A stretch of DNA of 64,000 nt from Microthyrium microscopicum. Taxonomy: Eukaryota. Shown piece after piece: positions 24,978 to 36,732 of the stretch. Position numbers and translations under genes: made by a program. The first letter of the stretch is position 1. Each line of letters begins with the position of its first letter. Under the pieces are notes generated by a model, which saw nothing but the letters and a program-made list of their open reading frames with translations, did not search any database and was not told the origin of the DNA. The stretch spans positions 701,481 to 765,480 of the forward strand of contig MU004232.1 of assembly GCA_010405405.1 (NCBI GenBank), in the 5' to 3' direction.

Positions 24978-26029
24978 AGGGAGTGGGAATCCTTGGTGAT
25001 AGCTCAGGGGCTTCATGGGCTCATAATACTTTTCTTAGCACGGGTCATCGACTTCACATACATACTAGCACGGGGGCTGTTGGATATGCAGTTTTTTTGG
25101 CAGAATCTCAGAAGATTCTGTCACCCCATCAACCACTTGTCAGATGTCTTGAGGAAGAGATCAACATCGATTCCAGAAGCATCAGTGATTAGTGTCTGCA
25201 GTTCATTCGTCATTTTAGATAACCCAGTCGAGTGAATATAAAGCCTCTTCTTACCCTCTGCTTGAGAAATCGTGATCAATGACTATCACTCGTAGACACC
25301 TCAGCGATATCTCTCCCAAGATCTAGACGAAAGCAAGTCGACAATCCTAACCTTATTGCATTTACCAGTTTTTACATCGGGCAAGTGCTTTACTGCTTGC
25401 AATAATGGCAGATAACCATTCGGGTGGTTGTCCACCTTGTAAAGCAAACTAAGAGGTCTTTAATATATACTGAAACCACCTCAACATCAAAATGCTTCAC
25501 GTTTTCATAACACCTCAACCATAGTCACGCTAGCCCATTCTCTTGCTGCTATACTAATTGAGATATCTAATCTCCTCATGGTCACTTGTAGGCCATCTGA
25601 CCTCGATTGATCCAGTAAGTGTGGACAGTGACACTTTCTATACCAACCGCCTCTTACCTCGCCTATAACACCAATACGACATCAATCAGTTTGAGTTTTG
25701 ATCATTATACTCAGAACCGCTCATTGTAAATCTGTAAAAAAATTGGGCCTCATTATTGCGCTCATCACTTGTGGGTTTTTGATATTCATTCATTCGGCAA
25801 TTGGGCAGTCACAAGTCATCGAAGCAAGTCCTTTTAACTTGATTTCTTCGATTGCTGTTCAAGCTGATCCGTATCATCTTCCTCCTCCTCCTGATCACTG
25901 CCCAAACTTCGCGCTATCAGATTCTTTCAACACACTTTTTCTTCTACACCGCCTCTTAACTTCCCAATCTTCTATACAGTCTCGAGGCCACCACCATCGA
26001 ATCCAACTTCATCCATCACCTCTATAACA

Positions 26030-27630
26030 ATGAATCCAGCATTTTCCTCTGCGAATGTGCGCTGCGAAGGATGTGGCCAAGGTAATTACTATATTCATTA
26101 CTTACGAATTTTCTGCTAACTTCACCTCTAGTCGGAGGCCACACAGCAGAATGTACTCGCTGTAAAGCTTGCCACTCCGGTATGTTCAACTCGTGGCCAG
26201 CACGAACATTTGCTAAGTGATATATAGACGCACATACGGAAAACAGTTGCTTCTGGGTGCAGTGTGGAATTCAGGGATATCTACCAACCTCGTCGGCGGG
26301 TCCTTCCAATACAGAGCAAAGCGTCACGATGGTGCGTACATCAGAGGCAGATCAGACTGTAATCGCAGCTCGCCCAGCTTCGCCTAAAATTCCTCCATGG
26401 AGAGATCAGTGGCGAAGAGCAGCTCAAGAGTCTGGCCCTGCCAGCAAGATGTCTGGCATTACTGATGAGCATCAAATGCCAATTGCCAACACCACGAGAC
26501 CCAATCATAGCGCCCTTCAAGCCCTCCTGCGAGCGCAATTGGAGCACAATGATGCTCTAGATCCAATCCCGACAACACACGTTCCTCAAGCTCATGTTGC
26601 CAACCCTCACCAGGATTCATTTCATACCCAAACTCAGACACAAGCCCTGCCAAACCACGACCAGAACGAACGGATCATAAATGAGGCAAGTTATCAACAA
26701 CACCTCGATTACGAAGCACATCGAGCACAGCAAGAGTGGGTTGTTCGCCAAGCAAATCACGCTCAGCAGACCTACTTGGCTCGAGAAATGGAAGCTCAAC
26801 GAGCATATTTTGCCCAACAGGTAAGATATCCCACGACAAAGCATCACGTTTCCTGTCCATATCGGGGGAAAGCAAAAACCAAATGCGATGGGACTTTTGT
26901 GGTTTCACGCTGGCAAGACCAGCTAGTGCTTTCAACCATATTCCTGGACGATATCTGATCATATCAAGACCGTCGTATCTGCCATCGCATTCAATGGCTG
27001 TCATCGAACGCGATGGGTGATGAAATGTTTCTGATTTGATTAAAGAAAGACCGTTTCATTGTGATCAAACTGACCATCTCCAGGCTGCTCCTCCGATGTA
27101 CGGTCCTGCTCCTTACCAAATGCAGCAAATGCAGCAAACCTACCCACCTCCTCCGCTCGGCGTTCCTATCCCATCGGCGTACGGCGCTCCTACCTCTATG
27201 CCGCCCTACCCTCCTGGACCGGCATATTCCCCTCCCGGCCCAAGCTATCCAAACCAACAACCATATCCTCAGCCGTATCCCATGCAACAACCTCCTCCCG
27301 GATTCTACAATCCTCAACCGCAACCGCCCAACATCCACCCCTTCGCGCATCTGGCAAGAACGGAGTGTGCAACCTGTCGCGCGTTCGGGCATATCTACCG
27401 CAACTGCCCAAGGACGCAGTGCTACGGATGCTGGGGCTTCGGTCACATGTCAGAGGATTGTCCGGATCGGGCAACGAACAACATGATTGCGAGAAATGAG
27501 TGTTTCCGGTGCAAGCAAGGTGAGCCTCCATGCAATGTTTTGGGGAAAGAGGAAAGTACTAACCGATGTAGTGGGACATAAGGTTGAAAATTGTCCATTG
27601 AATGGCCAGGATCAGCAGGAGGGTTGGTAG
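26030..27630 (+). CDS. CCHC zinc-knuckle protein C (Q-rich and P/Y/Q-rich middle); introns 26082-26131, 26180-26227, 26821-27083 and 27520-27571
   Basis: CEGCGQVGGHTAEC (atypical), CKACHSDAHTENSC, CATCRAFGHIYRNC, CYGCWGFGHMSEDC and CFRCKQVGHKVENC. All four introns have canonical signals and keep the frame. Confidence 0.88.
26876..27020. repeat. Palindrome array 3 (degenerate), inside intron 3 of knuckle gene C
   Basis: Half unit AATGCGATGGGA at 26882; CCATCGCATTCAATGG at 26982 and TCATCGAACGCGATGG at 27001 (19-bp pitch). Confidence 0.75.
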
Positions 27631-28060
27631 CGTGGCGATGGAGAAGGATGTTGTTGCTTTGAGAGGGAGTCGATGGAAGTGAAGTGATGTTGAGCGAGCC
27701 AAAAAAGTGCAGAGTAGAGTATGAGAAGGGCATTATTAGAGCAAACATAATCACAAAAGCAAGCTGCACAATATTGATATTTAACCCGTTGATTTCATTA
27801 CCTACAATGCGCTATATTCTGCCGGTCATACCAACATATAACCCATTCCCATATGTTTTCCGGCACCGCAACCCTTCGCGGCATGTCCAGTAACTTTGCA
27901 CCAGCACCGGGGGATAACGCCAGGCTAAAAGCATACGAGATTTTGATTTGGTAACCACGTTACCATGATATCAGCAGGCATGATCAAGCCAAAGCGGGTC
28001 AGAATCAACTCGAGTACACACGGATGGAAATTTGCACGGGCTAGCTCCCGTACTAATGAA

Positions 28061-30424
28061 CTACCGCACGTCCTTCAACCAAGCATCGGCTTCGTCAAAT
28101 TGCTTGCGGTCCGCAGCTTTGATGAGATTACCAGCCGCTCTAATTCCTGCATACACGGCGTCCCAAAGCTGGAAAGCCTTCTTGAGGTCACCCTCGTAGT
28201 CGACGGCATAGATGAAGACTTGCTCCTTAATGCGCTTCTTAATGGCGGACTTGGTGTCGGGTGCGGATGGATCCTCCTCTACACTGACGGCGTCGAGATA
28301 TGTGTTGACTGCGATACCGAGTGCGCAGGTGTTTTGAAGAACGAAAGGTAAACTGAGAAAGTCGTTAGTAGGCTATACACCAGGGAGTGAAGTCAGGCAT
28401 GGTAGGGATGGCACGTACCCGAGACCGAGATCCTTGTAATCGTTACGCTCGCGCTCTGCGTCGCCGTTGAGCAGTAGTGTAACCAAGCACACTTCGCCCA
28501 GGTCACGGAGGCTGGAGCTAACAGCGGCCGCCATTGAGTGATAGCCAAGATAATTGCGGCTGAGCGGACCAGTATAACCTATTTCCTGGTGTTGTAGACG
28601 GCCGAGACAGGCAATGCGAGAAATGAGGAGGGTGTTGCGCTTGATTTCTTCGCTGCCGCGGTATGGTGCGCCGTGGTATTGCGGATGCATGTTGTTGGCA
28701 TTGAGCAGACCATAGCGAGCGAGCTCAATGGCGATGACGACAGCCTCTTCGAGTTCGGTAATTTTGACTCCGGTGGAGGCTGAAGGAAGGAGAGCAAGAG
28801 CAGCGTGTAGAACCTGGCCCCACTCAGTGAGTGTGTGGTCGCGGTTGATGTAGCCACGGAGCTGCAGAAGGCGCCAGATGCTGTTGAATAGAATTTCATC
28901 CTTGGTTTTGAGAAGACTGTCATTGTTACGCTTAGTTAATGAAGTCTTGGCAAATGAACCGCTGTCCAAGGCCTTGACTGCGATACCCAAGAGACCACTA
29001 CCCTGTATAGAGTTAGTTGTAGTAATGGGCAATGCAAAAGAGTAACATACGATGAACTTGTTCTTCACCGAACCATATACGCTCTCGTGGACATTCCAAT
29101 CTTTCATCAGAGGTCGAGGGTCATCCAGGTCTTTCATACTAATGACCGATGAATTGTACTTGTCGAACCAACTGCGAAATTCTAGGTCCTTGTGTTGATA
29201 GAACCGGGCCAGGGAATATGAGAGAAGTGAAATGGCCGCTGTTCGGACTGGAGTGAGTTGGTTCTGTACGAGATCCTTATATTCTTCGGAATCGCCATTA
29301 TCAATGGGTGGAAATTCAAGAATGTATCCAGAAGTGCGCCAGTTCAAGACTCGCGTGCCGATGACACCTTTGGACATGTAAAAGTATAGCTCTTCTGGCA
29401 GGCGCTGTCCAATAAACTCATGAACATCACCCGGCGCCTGTTCAACGCTAGATGGTTCAACCTTTCCGTCTGCCGTCAATACCACATGATGTTTGATCGC
29501 CAGCTTCGCTCTACGAAAACGATCCACATAGCCCATTTGTACCACCGTAGGCTCATCATTGTAGTGCGTGCACACAGAGTGTCCACTTCGTCCCATACTG
29601 GTCATGATCAACTCATTTGCCTGTTTAATCTTGAATTGGACTGGTTTCGGCTGAAGGGCCAGGTGTGGGAACATTGGAAGAATGGAGTTGCCAGCAAGTA
29701 GACAGGCATCCAGGAAAGCATCGTAAGAGGGTGAGCCTACATCACTCATGCAGGAGCGAACTTTGACCCATGAGAACTCGGCCTTTTTGAAGTCCCAGCT
29801 TGTGATCACCTCAGGCACTTGGAACATGAGTAGTTCTGAGCTGCCCGCAATAGCATCGACTGTTTTGGCCGTGTACAAACATTGGAGCTGTAACGATTAG
29901 TTGTGAGCAATACCTGAGCAGAAACCGTAACCAACCTGAGCTAGAGCTCCATATGGAGCAACCAGGAACTCAACACCTTCTTCACTGAGCACAGTTTGTA
30001 GGAATCGAAACAAGTCCTCCGCTGTGACAGCCTCGGAGTTGCCAAAGGTGATGACCGACTGGGCTGCATCGTTACTATAGTACAGATCCCAGGCGTTCTT
30101 GTTGATTCTTGATGCTTCCTCCGAAGCTTGAAAGGACTTGTCTACAGGCGCAGTTTGCAGACCACTGAAGACAAACAATGGCGTAACGCCATGTTGCTTC
30201 CATACCGCCAAAGTGTTGCAAACGACAGATCGAAGTCCGAATGGAATAGGTCCGAGAGCAGGAATGAGGGATTCTTTGATAGGACGATCGATGTTGGGGA
30301 CTGAATAGCCTTGTAAACGGTTGATGTATTCGGTGGCTTCGATACCAATAACACAACCGTTTAGAGTGTCCAGGGAATCGTACTCGACCAAGTTGGCCGT
30401 CCACTCTTGGAAATCGGTGATCAT
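28061..30424 (-). CDS. MKT1: Mkt1 (XPG/PIN-fold post-transcriptional regulator), multi-exon
   Basis: VIGIEA, PLFVFSGL, FLVAPYGALAQ, GDVHEFIGQRLPEELYFY, LQLRGYI, GYTGPLSR and AFQLWDAVY. Stop at 28061. Confidence 0.92.
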
Positions 30425-31999
30425 TTTGGGCGATATGACTTTGAGGACAAGGTTTCCGCGTCTGCGTAAAGTGGAGCAACTCGTGGGCGCGGCGTGGGAG
30501 AAGGAGAGCGAAGCGATGCTTGAAGTAAAAGGAAGATACTAGGAGCTGTAAGCTGAGTAGTGAAAGCAGCTCACGATATCAGCATTAATGGGGCAATACC
30601 GTACTTCGGCCACTCAATAAGAGCTCGGAAGCATAATGGTTGGCGAATGGGGAATGTTGCGTTTGAAGCAATTCCTAGCGCTTTTGAGGAGTTGAAGCTT
30701 TGGTAGGCGCCGCCCAAGCTTTTTGCAAGGCTGGAATGCGCACTTCAGGGTCTTCCACTCCACCCCACCCTGCCAAGGTCCCGGGTTGTGCTTGTTCCTC
30801 CTTATCTTAAGATCTTATCAGCTCCATCTCTTCTAACTTCACTCGAATTGTTCTTTCTTCCAACACGCACAACAAGAGTGCAGAGAAGCATAAACGCGTG
30901 TCTTTCGAAATCTAACCTTGGCTATGGCGAGACCACCTCAACTTGTAGGCTTGGTCGCAGCGATAATCCGCATGACTCGATTGCGTCCGCCAGATTGGCG
31001 TTCGCCGCAATGCCCCCATATCGTGAAGGCTGCGATCCGCGGTAAGTGATTCTGGTCGTGGCATCGACTCAAGTCTTATAAGAGAGCGAGAAAGGCCAGG
31101 ATGCGATTGTCTTTGTTCGTGTTATGAGAGCCAGCAAAACGGATTGTGCGGAATGTGTCTCATAGAGGTGAAAGCAGCAATGCCATTTCTTTGTACTTTT
31201 CCTTTGAGGGTCTCATTCAAGTTTCTGATATTGACAATTCTAAGCAAGTCATCTTATCAACACAACAAGCTCTTTGAAGCATTTCATTTTGCTCCTTGAA
31301 CGCTGTTTGCTATGTTCTAAACATGATGAAAGATCTCCAGTGGCATTGGCGTTCTTATCCAAACCGGCCATATCAGTCCTTACACGGCACTTCACGATTT
31401 CCAATATCAAATTGGAAATAGCAGGAGCGTTCAGGACTAGGAACACATTATTGGTTAGTGTATGATTTCTTCCATCTGTCATACTACACTTTGCCTAAGG
31501 CCTCCTGATTCCCTCTTTCAGTAAGTAAGACTACGTGATATATCGTTCTGCTGTCCTCACCTAAGCTTCCCTCCTTCCTGCTAATCTTCTGCTGCCTAGA
31601 GTCGCCTTGACATTCAGTTGCCTAAGGACGCTTTTCTGCTCTCGCAACGTCTTTATAAAAGGCCTCTTTACGCCCCTCCTCCGTCTTCCTTCACTTCTTC
31701 CTCTTTACCTCAAAGCCGCCTTAACAACCTGCTCTCTCCTTTCAGTACGTCTTTTCATCTCCTTGAATTCTCTCGCTAATCAAAGCAGAGTTGGGTTCAA
31801 GGGCCAGATTCCTTCATTGCAGCTCTCAAAACTTCACTCCTCAGCAACTTGAACCTTCAGCATTTCAGCACGTCGACTACCCTTACATTCAGCATCTCAC
31901 AGCCCTTCTTGTAGTGAGTGCCTCATCATTACCAATTTTTACTAAATACGGTGCTAAATCTCGGCCCAGAAAGCAGTCAAGCAAAAATTCTCTGGCATC

Positions 32000-34090
32000 A
32001 TGACGCGACGAATCGTTATCGACTTGACCGGCTCACCTGAACCCGAGGAAATCACTGACATTGACGGATTGTTTCTGGAAGCTCCTACCACAGATGAGAC
32101 CATCCGTAGAAGCCCGAGTGTTGCGCAGTCAGATGTCTCGGACGAAGAATTTGACTTCGACCAATTCTTACACGACGTAGTCGTAATAGATAATGGCAGT
32201 GATAGTGATTCGGACTTGGAGATCATTAAGACAACGCAGGTTCAGCCTACAACAACCCCAGCTCGACCGGCACCTCGAGCTAGGCAGTTCACTGAGTCGT
32301 TTCTGGATTCTTACACCTCTCAAGGACAGACTATCGCCTTGAATGACACTTTGGAGCTCCAACCACAAGACCACAAGCGAGGCGACATATTGAAGGTCAT
32401 CCAAATAATCCGCAAGAAGAAGGGCGTGTTCCTCCGTGGACAATTGTTTCGCCGTTCCGTCTATCTTCCCGAAGTTAGCCATATGCACATTAACGAAGTG
32501 ACGTTGAAACGAAATATCCAAGACCGAGACACCGAGCATGAAAAAGAGCAGCGATATGACGATGTTCCTGTCTCGCGAGTTCTGATCGATGGCGATGAGC
32601 TACGAAAGCGAGAAGTCATCAAATCCTGCGATGCTTGGCCTGCCCATAATCCCAAGAGCGTTACAACAAAAGGACTCTTTGACAAGGAGTTCCTTAAGCG
32701 TAATGGCCCACTGTTCTGCCGTACCATTTACTCCGCAGTTTGGGAAGATGTTCAGAAGAAGAAAAAGCTGGTAGGGGAAGAGATCCGTCGTGTTCGTCTC
32801 TCTGAATCGCATCCTGCTTACTCCGATTGTCTTCCATCGGAGAGACACGAAACTTTTGATCGTTCCGAGGCCATTCAACATCGAGAAGGAGGAATAACGT
32901 ATGGATCTGGATGCGCCGGTGCCGGTGGCGATGTCACAGGCGCAAAAATGGCGGGCGCCCAAGTCATGTGGGCGTTCGATAAAGACCAGTTGGCAGCAGA
33001 GAGCTTAAGAGCCAACCATGATGGTCTACTTGTCCTTTGTATGGACCAATCCGAAGCGCTCGAAATTGTCCGCCGCTACAAAGTCGACATAATGCACACT
33101 TCTTGGCCATGCCAGGCCTTCTCGCCCGCAAACACGGCCGCCACAACAACTCAAGGTCAGCGAAACAATGAAATCAATTCCGCGCTCATCTTAGCTACGA
33201 AGCATCATTTGCAGGTTATGCAACCTCTTTACCACACTCAGGAAAACACCTTTGGCCTAAAGAGCATAGAGAAGGCCAAGTACTACTTTCGAACTATCAT
33301 TTCTGATATGTTGGACCAAGGCTATAACGTGCAATGGCGAGTTTCTCAATTCACCCATTACGGTCTCGTTAGCTCACGGAAACGCCTCATCACAATTGCC
33401 AGCCTTTATCAAGTCCCCATGCCAGCTTTCCCGTTACCTACGCATGGCCCTGAGGGATCTGGTCTCCAGCCCTACACCACAATGTGGGATGCCTGCGGAC
33501 ATGTCCCCCCAGATGCAACTTACCATAACCAGCTGGGTATGTGCTACTATTACCCAGAGCGGAAAGAACCTTATGATCCAGAGCGAAAACGCTCCATCGG
33601 CTGCTTGACCACGAAGTCTAATCTGCTTGGCCACTGGAATGGCTTTCGTGCTCTCACTCCTCGAGAATGTGCTTGTTGTCAAGAGTTTCCAATAGACTGC
33701 ATATTCAAAGGCAGCAAAACACAAATCGTGAAGCAGATAGGCAATGCCGTGCCTCCCAAAGTCTGGAGCCAGTTCGTCAAGTCTATCATGAAGACTCTGC
33801 AAGATTGGCGTGACGGTAAAATCGACGATGAAGGTCGCCCAATGCCCCGACCCTCCTCCCATCACCAGCAAGAATCCATACTCCTACCTCAACGTCAATC
33901 ACCACCTCCACGACCATCCTCGCGAGCACCGTCAATATCTCTCCCAATACGTAGACCCCAAACCGGCTCGCGAACTTCAAATCACGAACGATCCCCGTCT
34001 CGATCTCGTCAAAGCTCATTTCGAGATCGAGCCTCTCATCATCAACAAACAATCAATCCTCCCTATGCCAGACCCTCGGAATGGATCTAG
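32000..34090 (+). CDS. C5-cytosine DNA methyltransferase, RID/Masc1-like architecture with divergent motifs
   Basis: Motif I SGCAGAGG, II WAFD, IV SWPCQAFS, VI QENT, VIII SSRKRLI, IX LTPRECACCQEFP, X KQIGNAVPP. Also FPLPTHG, a ~300-aa N-terminal region and a Ser/Arg-rich tail; intronless. Confidence 0.9.
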   Translation: MTRRIVIDLTGSPEPEEITDIDGLFLEAPTTDETIRRSPSVAQSDVSDEEFDFDQFLHDVVVIDNGSDSDSDLEIIKTTQVQPTTTPARPAPRARQFTESFLDSYTSQGQTIALNDTLELQPQDHKRGDILKVIQIIRKKKGVFLRGQLFRRSVYLPEVSHMHINEVTLKRNIQDRDTEHEKEQRYDDVPVSRVLIDGDELRKREVIKSCDAWPAHNPKSVTTKGLFDKEFLKRNGPLFCRTIYSAVWEDVQKKKKLVGEEIRRVRLSESHPAYSDCLPSERHETFDRSEAIQHREGGITYGSGCAGAGGDVTGAKMAGAQVMWAFDKDQLAAESLRANHDGLLVLCMDQSEALEIVRRYKVDIMHTSWPCQAFSPANTAATTTQGQRNNEINSALILATKHHLQVMQPLYHTQENTFGLKSIEKAKYYFRTIISDMLDQGYNVQWRVSQFTHYGLVSSRKRLITIASLYQVPMPAFPLPTHGPEGSGLQPYTTMWDACGHVPPDATYHNQLGMCYYYPERKEPYDPERKRSIGCLTTKSNLLGHWNGFRALTPRECACCQEFPIDCIFKGSKTQIVKQIGNAVPPKVWSQFVKSIMKTLQDWRDGKIDDEGRPMPRPSSHHQQESILLPQRQSPPPRPSSRAPSISLPIRRPQTGSRTSNHERSPSRSRQSSFRDRASHHQQTINPPYARPSEWI

Positions 34091-34469
34091 CTCAACGTTG
34101 AGTTCAAAGAAAGAGTCTTATTATAACATTCGGAAGCATAATAGGAAGGAAGGCAATCAGAGCTTTAGTAATAAAAAGCTTAGCAAAAATGTATAAGTAA
34201 TCAAGGCTAGGAAAGACATAAAGTCTATAAATATTCGAGTTATGTATTTTTATAGGATTGACTAGGAAACATGATAGCAATGCAGACTTAGGTTTCATTT
34301 AGACTTTGCATTTCTCTTTAGTGACTAGCATTTTTGACATGTCAATATAAGTACCTATAATGCATACAGAAATGATGACAACAGTTTGTATTGTAACATG
34401 TATTTTGCTCTATTCCGCGCTCTCAAGTTGTCACTACCTAAGTTTCTTCACTCTCTGAACTCATCATTC

Positions 34470-35712
34470 TCACATTCCAAACATAGCATTACTGCCTGCC
34501 GGGCCAGAACCACGGCCACGACCACTGCCTCGCTTGTGCGGGCACTTGCCCGTCTTGTGTTCGGCTTTGCCAAAGTCAGTATCTACGGGCCTGAGGTAGA
34601 AAACGAACTTACTGCTTTCACAAACAAAGCACTTTCCCTCCAGGATCAAGGCACGAGTCCGAGGATCTGGACAGTCCTCTGAAAGGTGGCCCTTTCCCTT
34701 GCAGCCCCTGAGAAAAGTTAGCCAATCCAAGCTTTGCAAACATCGGTGGAAACTCCCATCGCACTCGACGGCAGCCATCGAATGCGATGGGAGCCATGAA
34801 GGGGGATCAAAATTCATGACAAGGCATCCAAAATGCGAAAATTGCAGTTTTTGCCAACAGAAAATCGCAAAAATCGCAGATATTGAACACCTGGCACGAA
34901 CTCCCATCGAATGCGATGGTAGCCATCGAGTGCAATGGGCGCCATGAAAGGTGATGGGAGCCATGGAGAATGATGCAATTTCATGACCAGACACCAAAAA
35001 AACTGCGGAACATGCAGATATTGGACCTCTGGCATGAATTTTCATCGAATGCAATGGTAGACAGCATATACGATGGCTCCCATCGAGTGCGATGGGAGCC
35101 ATTGGCAACGATAATAGATTTGGAAAAAGACAAAAAATGCAGAGAAGATGGAGGAACAAACTCACCAACATGGTGTGTGGGGGCAATTGCGGTACTTGTG
35201 ACCGCGCTGTTCGCAATAGCGACATTCCGGGAGGCTCCGGGAAGCACCAGCATCTCTGGCAGGCAATGCTGTATATTGGGGCGCCGTTGATGGTGGCGCA
35301 TTACCAGAAGCAAGCGGTGCTGGTCCAGTGCCAGCAGCCGCAAGCTCCAAAGCCTCTGCTTGATTGCGCAGGAGGCCACCCGGAGCCCAACCGCACTGGA
35401 AACCGTAATGGCTACCAGCTATATATGGAATCAGATTGTGTATGGAGGAGGGAACGATCGAAAGGCTTACAGCGGCCGCAGTAGCAACACTGCACATGGC
35501 AGTGGTCAATGAGGTGGCCGGCTAGAAGACAGTCAGATCAATGACCTCTTAATATGCTGATATATATCTTACGATCCCGGCAGATCAAGCAAGCCCGCTG
35601 GCATTGCTCGGTTTGGTGGTCGTCTACAGAGCAATTAGTTACGCACCACGGCGAGAAAAACGCGGGAAATTGACTCACTGCCACCGCAGAAGTTGCAGAA
35701 AGGAGCATCCAT
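34470..35712 (-). CDS. CCHC zinc-knuckle protein D (6 knuckles), paralogue of C; five introns including the 458-nt intron 34708-35165
   Basis: CNFCGGNDHQTEQC, CLICRDPGHLIDHC, CYCGRSGSHYGFQC (atypical), CRYCEQRGHKYRNC, CW|GCKGKGHLSEDC and CFVCESTEHKTGKC. The long intron has GTGAGT...GCTAAC...CAG. Confidence 0.9.
34752..35115. repeat. Palindrome array 4: three clusters of 3-4 units inside the long intron of knuckle gene D
   Basis: Units at 34756/34775/34794, 34904/34923/34942/34961 and 35042/35061/35080/35099. The linkers are homologous (TTCATGAC...GCAGATATTG...CTGGCAYGAA). Confidence 0.95.
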
Positions 35713-36732
35713 CTCGCTGATGATGCTAATGTAAGGAATTGGATGGTGGAATATAGAAAGGCCACGAGAGAAAAGCGCAAGTCCAAAAGGCGCGTGTAGA
35801 TGTTGCTTGAAGGAGAGTGAAAGGATTTCAAATTCTGGTGGGCGAAGACACCACTGTGGGGTATGACTAAGAAGGACAATTATATATAGAAGGAGCGATG
35901 GAGAAATAAGAAAGAGCCATTGTACTAGTGTGAGCACTCAAGGCAGGAGGGAGTGGGTTGTGGTGGGTGGTTCCTTCTACTTTGGGAAGGGGAAGGGGAG
36001 GTTTTATACCAAAGCAAAAAGAGTATGAGACGATGTATATCAAATTCTGTAATGACCATAGTACTTAGTGACATGCTAAATATGAAGCGTGATGGATCCC
36101 AAATATCAGATATCATTCGCCAAATCTCCAAATATGTCCAATTCTAAGATCGTGCTCTCATAGAGTTAGCAGATGATACATCAGCTTCTGGCGGAGTCAA
36201 TGACCAACATACCCTCCTGACAGGCAAGGAGCATTAGAACAGTTATTTCGAGAGAACTTTGGGATAATACATCAAGGAATAAGGTGTGAACACTCCAGTG
36301 ACCAAGCCACTCGTCTTTTCTGTCTTCAATTACTAACAGATGCAAGTCAACACTGAAGCATTCTCTATGCGTCTTACCGCGAACATAACCAACTTGGCCC
36401 TGTCTGGAAAAGAAAAATATCAAATAACCCTTATGATCCAGAGCAGCTTGAACCTGTTTAGATCAAACCAACGGATTTCGATGATGGACAATACGGTAAA
36501 CGTTGCTAGAATATGGCCCTGTTAACTTCAACCTGAAAATGCACCTCAAGCTTACTTCACCAACTTACCAGTCACTGCCGACAAGTCTCTATGTCTTGGT
36601 TCGCGAACAATTCATAGCCAACCTCGAGCGTTTGGCCACGTTTGTCTGAAGTTCACTCTCATATATACTCCTTTTTGCCATGTCTTCCCGGTCTATTCCT
36701 CTCTACCAAAAAACCAATCAACAACATTCACC

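Noticed and set aside
30700..31800. Possible RIP-mutated minus-strand relic upstream of the methyltransferase
   Set aside because: The strand is purine-skewed, but stop density in the best frame is about random and no family is recognisable.
13872..35712. Knuckle genes as retrotransposon gag remnants
   Set aside because: They have spliceosomal introns, and I saw no capsid, protease, RT, integrase or LTR nearby.
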